Positions 46,129-57,422 of a stretch of 64,000 nucleotides of DNA are shown in pieces. The DNA comes from Penicillus capitatus (taxonomy: Eukaryota > Plantae > Chlorophyta): positions 1,885,192 to 1,949,191 of the forward strand of contig OZ287694.1 of assembly GCA_965649825.1 (NCBI GenBank). The letters run 5' to 3'. The translations under genes and the position numbers were made by a program. Under the pieces are notes generated by a model, which was not told the origin of the DNA, made no database searches, and saw nothing but the letters and a program-made list of their open reading frames with translations. Position 1 is the stretch's first letter. The number at the start of each line of letters is the position of its first letter.

Positions 46129-47148
46129 CTATCTTCTTGACCTCTTCCGAGAGTCTTTGGATGAACCCTCCGCCTCACCGTCTACCTTACGCTTTGCCTT
46201 GTCGGCCTTCCTCAACTTTCTCAACCATTCTTTCCTAGCCGCCGTGTCGCGAAGGCCGTGTTCCTCCTTTGCCCTCTTTGCCCTCTTCACCTCATCTTCG
46301 TGAGTCACGGCGTAAGAACCGCGGCGTTTCGAACCGCGGCGTTTCGAACCGCGGCTCCTAGGCGCCACCTCCTCCGTGTCCATAACCGTATCTCCATCTT
46401 CATCTACCTCCGGCTCCAGCTGTGGCTCCTCCTCGACCGGCTCCTCCTCGACCGGCTCCTCCTCGACCGGCTCCTCCTCGACCGGCTCCTCCTCGACCGG
46501 CTCCTCGGCGACCGGCTGCAGCTGTGGCTGCTCGGCGACCGGCTGCATCTGTGGCTGCTCGGCGACCGGCTGCATCTGTGGCTGCTCGGCGACCGGCTGC
46601 GGCACATTATCGGGAAGAATGAATTCCATTTGAAGTTCATCCACTTCCAAACCCGCGAAGTGGTCGTCCTCCAACGTGACCTCGTTGACCACGAATTGTA
46701 TTACGTCCCTGGCCAGTGCGTTTTGCCGTTGGCGAACCTCTGCCACCGGGACGGTGACCTGTGCCCTTAGTCGCCTCACGAACATGGCGACCCTGAAGTG
46801 TTCGAAGTTGTCAAGGTGCACGCCACGTTGAATCGCCAAAGCGTTCGCCAGAACGGTTGCAACGTGGGCCCACGTGCGATTATGCTGCCCTTGTCCGCCT
46901 TCGTTCCCAAGCACGGTCATCACATTCATTCGGAGCAAAACGCACCGAACGGCTTCGCATGCACCCGGTGGCCACGTGCTTAGCGTCCCAACAGTTGGTG
47001 TGAACAAGTTTGCCGCAATCATAATGCCAAAGTTGGCACAGATGGCTGCGTCGAAAATGGTGTATCGTTCACGTGGAACGACGTCTCGGTGCAGATCGCT
47101 CAAGACGTGGTTTGTGAGAGCACGCACTGCCGGGGCAAAAGAACCCAT
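46129..47148 (-). CDS. Orphan intronless protein, paralog 2 (339 aa)
   Basis: Aligns with 5093-6046. The acidic linker is built from different repeats (PVAEQPQM x3, PVEEE x5). Basic C-terminus ends RKRSRR in both paralogs. Confidence 0.8.
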   Translation of the reverse strand: MGSFAPAVRALTNHVLSDLHRDVVPRERYTIFDAAICANFGIMIAANLFTPTVGTLSTWPPGACEAVRCVLLRMNVMTVLGNEGGQGQHNRTWAHVATVLANALAIQRGVHLDNFEHFRVAMFVRRLRAQVTVPVAEVRQRQNALARDVIQFVVNEVTLEDDHFAGLEVDELQMEFILPDNVPQPVAEQPQMQPVAEQPQMQPVAEQPQLQPVAEEPVEEEPVEEEPVEEEPVEEEPVEEEPQLEPEVDEDGDTVMDTEEVAPRSRGSKRRGSKRRGSYAVTHEDEVKRAKRAKEEHGLRDTAARKEWLRKLRKADKAKRKVDGEAEGSSKDSRKRSRR

Positions 47149-47447
47149 CGCGGTTATGTTTGAGGAAGTCTGAAAACCAAACGCCAGTAGTTTTCGTGTA
47201 AAGTGGCAGAAAACGCAAAGTCCGTAAAACCCTAACCAACAACAGTCCGTACTGCGCTCGTAATTAATTTATACAAGCTTAATGAATTAATGGAAAAATT
47301 AGCTCAATCTACGGTTAGGTTTCCGAACTCGCGTCGCCATTGGCTGGATATCGACAAGTCGTTCAAACTAATTAAGTAATTACCCCAGTTTTTACGACGC
47401 TTCATTCACGTCACGTTGACGTCGTTAACGACAGCACGGGACGTCAT

Positions 47448-47716
47448 TGTCGCCGGTCAGGCGAGCAGAAAACGATTCACAGCGGAAGACTTCTTACAAG
47501 TGATCGGAGCAAGGTCCTGACCGGCTCAAATCGCCGATTAAGTATGTGCATGTTGACAAGACTTCCCTAGGCAGATGACTAATCCTGCTGCCAGAACCAC
47601 AGAACAAGACCTCAAACACACTTAAACCTCAACTGACAAGACATTCAACGCCCCCTGTGCGCATGACCCCCTCCGCAGCAAGACAGTCACATCGCCAAAG
47701 GAAAATCTTGGCGACA
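47448..47716 (-). mobile_element. Short LTR (269 bp), TGTCGCC family
   Basis: Minus strand TGTCGCCAAGATTTTCCTTTGGCGATGTGAC ... GAAGTCTTCCGCTGTGAATCGTTTTC...GGCGACA. The 3' end matches the LTR end at 55225-55272. No clean TSD. Confidence 0.75.
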
Positions 47717-47718
47717 GT

Positions 47719-48911
47719 TGTCGCCAGGATTGTCGCCAAGCGATGTGACGTTGTCTTGTTTCGTGGGGGTCAGCTGTGCGCAGGGGCGCTGCATGTCTTG
47801 TCGACTGTGTCTTGGGACGAGTTTATCTGGTTCACGTGGCGCGATGACTCACTCTTTCGTGGAGTCGCATCACCAGGGCCGCATAAAGGGGGAAGAATGG
47901 ACGGACTTTTGTTCTTACGCTCTTACGTTTCTTGTTGTAAGACCTTCTGTTTCTTTTGCATCCTGGCCGATCACAACGCGGAGCATAACGTGCAGCGCGC
48001 GACCATCCTCTACGCGCCTCTCTACCCCACCTTCGAAGACCGCCTTAACCGGTTTCGCCAAGCAGAAACCTCCGACTTGGAACAGCGAGGAGCTGAGCGA
48101 GTCATCAACAACGCCGAGATATACGGTTCGCAGCGGAGCTCAGAAGACGCTAGTGTTGATTTAGTAGCTCCGCGCCCAGAAGATATACCATCCCCCGGAC
48201 CCTCAGAAGCCACGATGGTGACCAGATCTCCAGGACTGATAATACGCGACAAGGATCGCCCACGATTATGGCAAAGATGACTGTTTTGATCGTGGCGAGG
48301 TGACTGCCTCGTTTGAAACGGGCTCACTTCGTCAAGGGACACTTGGGGTCTTGTCAGAGGGGACCTTGTGCCGCGAAAGGGTCCTTTTCTCTGGCTCTGG
48401 TGATCGGTAGAATCGTCTGCCTAGAAGGTCGCATCACTTGGACCGAATAAAAGGCTTAGAATTCGCCATTTGTCTGTCTCTCTTTGACTTTGTCTTTGTA
48501 ACACCTTTTGTTGACTACGCTGTCAGCCTTGTGTCCGTCACTCTGGCCGACGACGAACATAACGTTCGACGAGCGACGGTCCCGTACGCGCCACTTTATC
48601 CAACGTTCCATGAGTCCCTGGATAGCTTTCGCCGAGGCGAACACTCAGAGCTTATTCAGAGGGGTGCTGAACGCGTGGTTCACAACGTTGGAGTCTACGA
48701 CACTCGACGAAGCTCCGAAGACGGAAGCGTTAACCTAGTAGCCGTTCACCCAGCGAACATTCCCTCGGCAGGCCCTCAGGAGCAATCTCTAGACAACGAA
48801 GTCCGACCAAATCCCCCAGTCGGCCACGTAGGTCTATCGAATCAATCAGAAAGCAACATAAACAACCACGAATATCAGTGGAAAAACACTTTCCGACCAT
48901 TTGTTCACTAA
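47719..48911 (+). mobile_element. Diverged LTR-family remnant interrupted by a solo LTR; carries a third homolog of the LTR-encoded peptide
   Basis: Starts TGTCGCCAGGAT and resumes after the nested LTR with family motifs (GTGACTGCCTCGTTT, TTTTCTCTGG, TCGCATCAC). ORF LADDEHNVRRATVPYAPLYPTF...RSSEDGSVNLVA runs to a stop at 48911. Confidence 0.65.
47731..48251 (+). mobile_element. Solo LTR (521 bp), TGTCGCC family
   Basis: TGTCGCCAAGCGATGTGACG...CGCGACA with 5-bp TSD AGGAT at 47726-47730 and 48252-48256. Confidence 0.92.
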
Positions 48912-49986
48912 ACTACTTAAGCGGCAATTTGTTCGAGCGCATTCCGTTCTACCCAAAACTTCAAAGCCCACTGAGAAATTCTTCCACCGTCGATATCGCC
49001 TCGTCTGCCAAATGCAAGTCACCGGTGCGCTTCTTAAAAGGCTATTCGCTTTGCCGAGTGCAGTCAGCAGAGGGACGCAGTGCTGACAATGGCGTACCGT
49101 ACTCCTACGTCTTGAACACGTATCAGTGGTACGCGACCTATTAAGTATAGAAACAACGAAGCAAATTCTCCGCGTCGGAACGTAAATCTCTCGTGCGAGA
49201 TAGAAGCCGAATCATTCATGCGGGCAAATGCCGACTGCGCTTAGCTGAACTCCGAGACGCCTGACGGTGCCATTTTAGCTTGATAACGGGAAGGAGAAAG
49301 ACACAAAAATGACCTCGCACGACAGCGAAAAGATAAGAGATCGCATCTCCCTGAGAGAACTTTTCGGCGATTGTTCATTGGCTGTCGAGCTTCTCACGAG
49401 GCATTGAGTACTGCCCACTATCGTGTGAAAGGAAATGAGAATGAGATGACGAGTCCTTTAAGCAGCTGAGTTCTGAAGACCAAGCAACCAAATCTGTTGT
49501 CTCCTGGATATACCTGTGTCGCCTATTGTCTTAGTCGAGTATAACAGACTCCTTTAGTACTTAAGGGCGGCTAGATCTTCTATTCTCTCTCCATCTGAAG
49601 CGCATGAGCTCGCAGAGGTCTTGGTTAGCAAAAGGAAGATGGGCGGCATCACAGAGACACACTTTTCAGACTACTCTTCCTTTACACACACTACCAATTA
49701 AGAATGCGCGTCGTTCTTTCGTTTCATTCCCAGGAAACTAGTGGAATTCAATGTGTTGTTGGATTCTCTGATAATGATGAATTCAGAAAGCAATGAAATG
49801 AATGGTTATTAGAAGTCCCACCGGAAAGCTCTTCTGCAGCCATCATCGTCCGGGCAAGCAGTGCAAAAATGCCATCGGACATGTCAGCAGCAACCTCCCG
49901 TCAAACACGCCTCTTGGTAAAGAAAAACAAAACGAGAGGGAAAGATGTTATTGCAAAGCAGATTGATCTGCATCCTTGGCAATCGC

Positions 49987-52593
49987 TTACGTCAAAGAAG
50001 GCTCAAGTCTGGCGAGTTTCTGAAGGACCTGGTCAACGGCGGTCTTCATCTGACTCATAGTCTCTTCCATTTTGTGCATTTTGTCGAAGACTGCACCCAT
50101 GTCGTCCTTCGACTTCCGACGGATCTCTGAACAAAGCATCATCGACTGCGAAACCCTTTGTGTCAGATACTGGACTGACCTTCAAAAGCTCTGTTGCTCT
50201 TTCCTGCCTCAGACTTGATGGTTCTTTCGAGTGTGGCAAGTTTTCCATGCCATTCCTTGTCTGAAGATTCGTCTTCAAGGTCTTCAGGAATCAGATAATG
50301 AAAATGCGTGTCTTCGAAGCTATAGAACTCTGCGTTTTTGCTACTTATGACCCACAGTAAATATTCTTTTATCCACCAAGTGCACAGCTCGCCGCATTCG
50401 TCGCCAGGTTCGTTGTATGGATGGGCCCTGAAAAGCAAAAGAAATCCGAAGATCCTTTCACAGCAGCTCTGTCAATATCCAGTAGCCTTACGCGTCAACG
50501 AACGCTCCGATCATATTACAGTTGGATACCGCTTGCAGTCGGTGCATCGTCCGTTCGCTTATCTCTTTTGACCGAACTCTGTCGTGAGTATCGGTCAAGA
50601 TCGAAACCAGCAGACTCATGAGCACAATAGGCCCGACGTAGACGAAAGAATTGAAGAGCAAAGCCCTCCAGACTGTAAGAAAGTCAGCGGAAGGGCGAAG
50701 CATCTGCACCAGGAAAACATCAGTCAGAGAGGCCAAGAAATGCTGTCTGCTGACAGAGCTCACCTCGGGTTCAAAGTTCCCGAGCCCTGTGTGGAACAGT
50801 GTCTCTAGCGCATGTGGAAAGGTATCGAAGTAGTCTCTGTCGCCATCGGCTATATCGAAAAGAATCATGAATGCTGCGGAATATCCAATCATCAGTAACA
50901 AGCCCATCATTGCGAACGGAAGAGAGTCGATTACTGCATAGCCCACCATCGAAACGAAGGGTCCCAATCGACCGAAAGGTCGAAGGGTTCGAAAGAACTG
51001 AATCCACAAACACACATCGCATTGCGACAGAATGCAGGAAAAGGACTTTAGGAATCTTACCAGGACCCAGCAGAGGATGCATCCAACAGATGCTGTGAAA
51101 GCAGAGAAGGTGGTGTGATGATCTGTGATGCAGGCGTGGATAAACAACACAAGGTCGAAGATGAACATCACGATCCTGTATGCAAACAGCATAGACAGAT
51201 GAGTTATGATCACTAGATTGTGCCTCACCTCAGCAGTGAAAAGGAACAGAGACTTCCGAGTAGATTCGCAAGGCATGGCAGCGTAATGAGTGCTATTACC
51301 ATTCCACCGTGGTTCGAATGGCTGTACAGGATGGCAAAGCTCGTGAATGTCACAGCGACAACGACATCCAGCAGAACGCTCATCAAGTAAACGTTGCGAT
51401 AGATGCTAAACATCCAGTCAGCGTAGACTCTGATTGTCATCGATTCAAAAAGCTCTGAAAACTCTGTTCCGCCGAAAAGGTGTGCCGTCATTATACCAGG
51501 CTTACTAAGTAGAAGCACTTAGTTTCGAACAACGACATAACATGATGCATACTCTCTGTCATGATTGGTGAGAGCTTCCGTAAGAATGACGCAAGAGAAC
51601 TTAGCGACGACTTTAGTCAGCTGGCATCCGACTTCTGACACTCTCTCGCCATACGTGCTGTGTTGAACCCAGAGCTGCTCTGCCGCCTCATTGTCCATAC
51701 TCCAGTCTTCTGGATGTTGTCGAGTGGACATCCCGATCGGTGTCTTTCCGTTAAGACCGAACAGCGCCTTCGGTGCGTAAAACCTGGCGTACTCGATCGT
51801 GAACTTCTCTTCTTTCAAGTAACTGACGACAAGTTTAGGAAAATGATAGACGAAATTACCGATATGTAACTCTAAGAGCTCGACCGTCTCTGCCAGTGTC
51901 GCATACTTGCCCATGAGTTTGTCCAGAATGAAGTCGGCATGGTCGGCATGGTCGGCAGATCTGTTTTCGATGATCCAGAACACAAGATTGTACTGGGAAT
52001 TGTAAGGATAATCGTGCAGACAAGTGATCGGATGATGAACCTTTTCCCTTTCCCTTATGAACTTCACATGAATCCCATTGCCCTTCGCATAATCGAGGAG
52101 TGCGCTTGCGCAGTCAAGTTGGTCTCTCTTCACGGCATCCCAGAAGATGGGATTCCCTTCTGCGTCAACTGCATCGACAATGCGAGTCCCGTGTTCGGAA
52201 ATGAGTCTGTCCAGTTCACAAGACCGTTAACGAACCATACAGAGCACGAAGAGATGCTTACTGTCTGGTGTCCTCCAACGTCCACTCCGACGGAGGCTCG
52301 AGGAACCACTCTCTCCTCTCGCCGGAGGCCGAGTCGCCGCCATCTGCAGTAGCACGCAACCGTCACCTCCGTGACGGAGATTAGAAAGCGGGACGGGAAG
52401 TCCACGCACCGTTTGCCGTCTCCTCTTTCGGCTGTTTTCTACTGTCTTCAGTGCTCGTCGAGAGTTTCGGCTCTTGACGTGGTGCACCATTCTGCTGAAG
52501 TTGAGATGAAGACGCTTCCTTTGAGGAATTCATGTGCTCGACTGGTAATAAGCTTTCCATTTCTTCGGCAATCTCTTGAGGGGCTGAAGACAT
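49987..52593 (-). CDS. Ankyrin-TRP-type cation channel gene 3 (multi-exon, apparently intact)
   Basis: Exons 1-2 are near-identical to gene 2; later exons are diverged. Pore HALETLFHTGLGNFEPE, S6 MSLLVSILTDTHDRVRSKE, C-terminus ...DQVLQKLARLEPSLT*. Confidence 0.8.
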
Positions 52594-55428
52594 TTTGCTT
52601 TCTCGTCTGTCGGTCTGTCTGAGAAAACGTGTCGTCAAGTGCGAGAAAAGACGAACAATGAACGCGTTCCGTCGATGAGTCTGACGGACGACGCGGCATC
52701 CGTTTATTCGCCATCATCTCATGTGTACGGCCATTACTTCATGTGCCAAGATCACTTTGCTTGCTAGTTATTCTCTTGTTACGCTAACGGAATCTCCCTG
52801 CGTCTGAATCTTTAGAAAGTCGTTCGCCGAGCAACCACGCCGCGCGAGACTGTTCCGCTGTGTCTCGCGTGCGATCTTCGCTCGTCAAGGAGCACAACGC
52901 GTTGCCTTTGTGCGAGGTAATGCCCTCCTACTGTGTCTAACGTCTTGAGGGATGTCAGAAGGCCGCGACGGTCGTAGCCAATGCTACAATAGCCGATTCC
53001 CTGCGTCTCTGTCTGCCACACATCTCCTGGCCGATGGTCCTGGCCATGCGGCCGTGTGCGGTGACCAACCTCTCCCTGAGGACTCTGCTCTCCGTTTACT
53101 AAACTGACAGCAGTTCCGCTGCCGTCGTCTTGCAGAGGCGGGAGACGAGTGCAGCCTTCTAGACCAAGGCGTGGGGAAGACATCGAAAAGTGCGGCGCTC
53201 TGTCCTACAAACACCTTCTCGTAAGCGACGTGCAAAAAGGAGGTGGTCTACGTAGGTCTCGACGATGAGAAGAAGCGACTGCTCTTCTTCCATAAAGGTC
53301 GAGCCACTGCGAAGAGTCTGAAGATTCCTGGCAGCACGTTGGAGAATCGTTTTCGAATCCAAACTATTGCGGAATAGTGTAATGTCGGGATCTACGCTCA
53401 TTCGAAGAAGTCTACCATCCCCATCCATCCCTGTGGACACGATTGATCTGGCACTCCAGAAAGGTACTGTCTTTGTTTTATGGAGAAACCATCATGCACT
53501 AATATTTCCATCCACCTGCCTCCTCATCTTGTCAGGCTATGTCTCTTCGTATCCATCTCTCTTTTGAATTCCAGCGGCTTCGGCGAATCGCTGACATACA
53601 CGGTACACGATATTGGCGTATGATCGAAACAGGCTGTTCTCTGTGCACACGGCATTTCCAACTGTCGAAAGAGAACAAGTCACCTGACAGCAGTGATCAT
53701 CACACGTTGGGGGGTGTCGCTGTCAGATGCGATTCCACTGTCTTGACATCCAGGAACCGTCCAGCCGGTGACAGGTAAACGCTGCAAGGTCCAGGTTGTC
53801 AGAAGGTCTTTCCTCTGCCCTGGAATCTTCTTTGTCGTCACGTCTTCGACGCTGTTCAGTCGATGGTGCCGATGTGGATGTTCAAACAACACAAGTGGCT
53901 GTTTCTGTGAGATTAGGAAGAATCAGATCTCTATGTGATGGATCGTCTGTGGATGCACAAAGTGAGAATGTGTGGAACTAGTGTCTACATCCAAGATCTG
54001 ACATATGTGAAATGGCTCGATCTTACCCCGGCTTTGGTGCTGGGCCAATCCATCTTCACATAACTAACTCTCTACGAAGCGCAGAAGACATGGATGCTGC
54101 GCTCTTACACAGTTCTGAGACCGACATGTGCGGCTCTCGCAATCGCTGCCGTATCTGGCAGACTTCTTCGCTCTTTAAGCACTTGCCATAAAGATGGAAA
54201 CATCTTAACATGGAAGCATAGACAGGTTACTGACAAGACAAACTGCTACAGGTCCAAAAGAGAAGCAGGTAAGTTTCAAATGCCCGGATGCTGTCCGTCA
54301 TGGATCAGGAAGGACGACTCGGTGGTGAAGACCTGTTTAGGTCATCGGGTACATATCGGACGCCTTCTCATCCACTACTTCATCGTCTGCTTCTGAAGTG
54401 TACTTGAGATGACCGGAGAAGATTGTAATTGGACCATACTTCTTAACAGCTTCCTGAACTTTAAAATGCGAGCCCGGATAGACGTCGACCTTTACTCTTT
54501 CCGAACGACTCTGATGAAACGCGCTTCGTTCCACCGTCGACCAATCGAAATGAATACTGCTGCTGATCTTGAGCTGAAAAATTCTTCCGAAACCTGCTGA
54601 CGCACCTACAGACGTAGAGAAAGACCCCGCTCTCGTCGACTCTCTTTCCAGATTCGTGCCTCTTGCGTATTCCAATTCGACTCCTATTATCGATTTGCCA
54701 GCCTTGTTGTCAAACTCCGTGATGGTGACCCACTTATCAGACGCTTCCCATTCCTTGTCGCCTTCTTTCCACCCGACAAATCGATTGCGGCCTTGAGTCT
54801 TTGATTTCCAGCTACCGCAGTAGAGCACACTGTTGGTCCAAAGGAAAATAAAATGGTACGGCGCCCTGGCTCTGCGAATCATGAGATTGTCGTTATTCTC
54901 GTCGAGATAAAGATGGAAACGTTCCCAGGTGTGGATCTCTCCCCCTTCCTTCGACATCGCCTTCGTCTTCGCAACACAACCATTGCTGAGTTTTGGTGTT
55001 TTTGATAGCAAAGACTCCATCGTCGACTATATAAAGTGTCGCCGAGCGATGTGACGCTGCCTCGTTTCTGAGAAGGCCACATCCTGGGGGGGTCTTGGTT
55101 GAATCACCCAAGGCCATTTTCTCTGGTTTTGAGGCTAGGGTGATTCACCTGCCTCGTCGAGTCGCATCACCATGCGAGTATATAACGCGCAGTTAGAACC
55201 ACTGAACGCCTTGCTCTGTAACTTGTGAAGTCTTCCGCTGTTATCGTTTTCGTTCGGCGCCTCCGCGCGACATGGTTTCGGAGCTGAGACAACGCTCCTT
55301 CGTTTGATCTCCGTCTTGGTGACGTTGCGCGTGTGCTGTGTGCACTAAAGCGCCTTACTTTGTGGAAGCTGAGTCCTGTCTAGATACTTTCTAGACATAT
55401 CGAGGAATTTCAAGAGTCAGTAGCAAGG

Positions 55429-57422
55429 ATGAGTCGAGGGCGACGAGAAAGAAGAACGGAGCAAGGTCAAAGGGGGGAATGGTTCACCGGGTATTACGGC
55501 ACCATGGCATACGGACCGAGCTTGCTCGGCATTCTTGGGGAAGACAAGGGATTATACCCTGGTGCGCTATCTTATCATAAGGCGTGGACGTGGGTTAACG
55601 TGGGCGACCAGCGCCTTGAAAGTTTTTTGTTTGACGCGGCCGAACTGGTTGCTTTCATCAGCTACGTTTGTCCGAGGCTGCAAGAAAGACGTGAACTGCA
55701 GAGGACGACAGAACGGTTGCGTGAGGAAAGAGAGAGGCTACGCCAGCAGGTGGCGACCCTCGAAGCAGAAAAGGAAGGATTACGAGCGACGCTCAAGATG
55801 TCTGAGGCAAGTGCTCTTGCAAGGGGAGTGTCGGTCGGGGTCTTACAGCAAGAGGTAGCCGAGGCGACAGCAGAAAGCGAGCGGCTGTTGTCGTGTTCGT
55901 CAACGGACGGGTTAACGACGAAGGCGTAAAAGATTACAAAGACTGTTCTGGCAATCAGTGTTCGGTCTTTATACGCGTCGATGTGACATTTGACGCGTCC
56001 CGTGTCAGCTGCACGAAGGTGGACAGCTGTCCACTGACATGTGCCCACCCCCTTTCCGTTGTGCAGACTCCGAATAATGTGAACGGAACACATTTCACGA
56101 CAGTCGGGATGTCATCAGGCTGGCCAGGAGTCGAGCCAGGGCCATCGTCACGTGGCTTCTCCCTCTACGGCCCATTCGCCGCAGCTTTGTAGCTCTTACG
56201 TCTCTGAGACTTTAACGCCGACTCTGGAAATTCGAACCGTACTTCACAGCGACAACACGTCCGTGGTGACCCAGATAGAAAACGTAAACACGGACAAAGT
56301 AACAACGAACGTAAACACAACAATGCGCAACAGCACGCTTATCGCAGCGTGAAACTGAAACGCAGCAACTCGGACGGTGGAACTGAAAGGCAGCAACTCG
56401 GACGGTGGAACTGAAAGGCAGCAACTCGGACGGTGGAACTGAAACGCAGCAACTCGGACGGTGGAACTGAAACGCAGCAGCTCGGACGGTGGAACTGAAA
56501 CGCAGCAGCTCGGACGGTGGAACTGAAACGCAGCAGCTCGGACGGTGGAACGAACTACAGACTGCAGGTGGTAGGTAAAACGCTGTCACCACGGTCGTGT
56601 CTTGGAAAGTCTTCAGTCTTCGATGACGGGATTCTATCGCCGGAATCTTTGTCGCTCCGAAACCATGTCGTGTTCGTCAACGGACGGGTTAACGACGAAG
56701 GCGTAAAAGATTACAAAGACTGTTCTGGCAATCAGTGTTCGGTCTTTATACGCGTCGATGTGACATTTGACGCGTCCCGTGTCAGCTGCACGAAGGTGGA
56801 CAGCTGTCCACTGACACTGTCAGGGCTTAACACGGGGCTGCGGCGAGGCATCGTCGAGGCGCAACAAGGCGCAAGCGAGGCACGTGAAGAAGCCTCCTCT
56901 CTACAGAAGAAACTTGAAGAGACTGAGACGGCCTTTACAGAGGCTAAAGAACATTTGATTTCGGCACCTGATTTGGTGTCTAGTCTTCGGTCGCTGACCG
57001 ACGCGGTGAAGGCAGTGCATGACGAAGTTCGGACGAGCAGTGAGAGGACAGTTGAGGCGGTGGCGAGAAGACCACCAGATGGACGAAGAAGCATGAAGAC
57101 GCTGCAGCAGATGAGGCGTGTGCTGCACGATATCAAGCGGTATCCGCGACGACAACGAAGAGGAAGGGCAGCCGGCGCAGCTGACGATGGCGGGGGTGCC
57201 ACGAAGCGCGGCCGAATCTGCTATATCTGCCGGTGCAAAGGGCACATGGCTAAGGACTGTCCGCGAGTGCGGACTACAGATACGGTTGCGTCAGCGGATC
57301 CGACGGTATCGGATACGCAGCCGAGATCCGACGTCGCAGAAGAGTTGAATGCGGCATCAGCGTACTCAGGGCTCAACATCTTGTCCTTTTTCCGGCGCAA
57401 TTTCACCTCAGGGATCGACTGA
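55429..57422 (+). CDS. Coiled-coil + CCHC zinc-knuckle (Gag-like) ORF, 353 aa once the nested TRIM is removed
   Basis: Joining 55429-55888 to 56821-57422 gives one frame (…AESERL-SGLNTGLRRG…). Long heptad-like region and CYICRCKGHMAKDC. Confidence 0.85.
55889..56816 (-). mobile_element. TRIM-like mini LTR element (928 bp) nested in the pol-less element
   Basis: 151-bp direct repeats at 55889-56039 and 56666-56816, identical by eye, TG...CA. 4-bp TSD CTGT. Minus-strand PBS TGGTTTCGGAGC (56665-56654) and PPT GGAAAGGGGGTGGG (about 56057-56044). No coding capacity evident. Confidence 0.92.
56351..56550. repeat. 28-bp tandem repeat x7 inside the TRIM
   Basis: GGAACTGAAA(C/G)GCAGCA(A/G)CTCGGACGGT with period 28. 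Confidence 0.95.

Larger units (their letters stand above)
38849..47375. mobile_element. Multicopy hammerhead/satellite/orphan-ORF unit, most complete copy
   Basis: Order: HHR-C(-), satellite, 285-bp dimer, promoter-like region, 162-bp dimer, HHR-A(+), HHR-B(+), ~2.7 kb unassigned, 96-bp and 30-bp arrays, orphan ORF(-), promoter. The left boundary cannot be fixed in this window. Confidence 0.55.

Noticed and set aside
47710-47725. Two-LTR circle junction
   Set aside because: The LTRs are head-to-head, not tandem.
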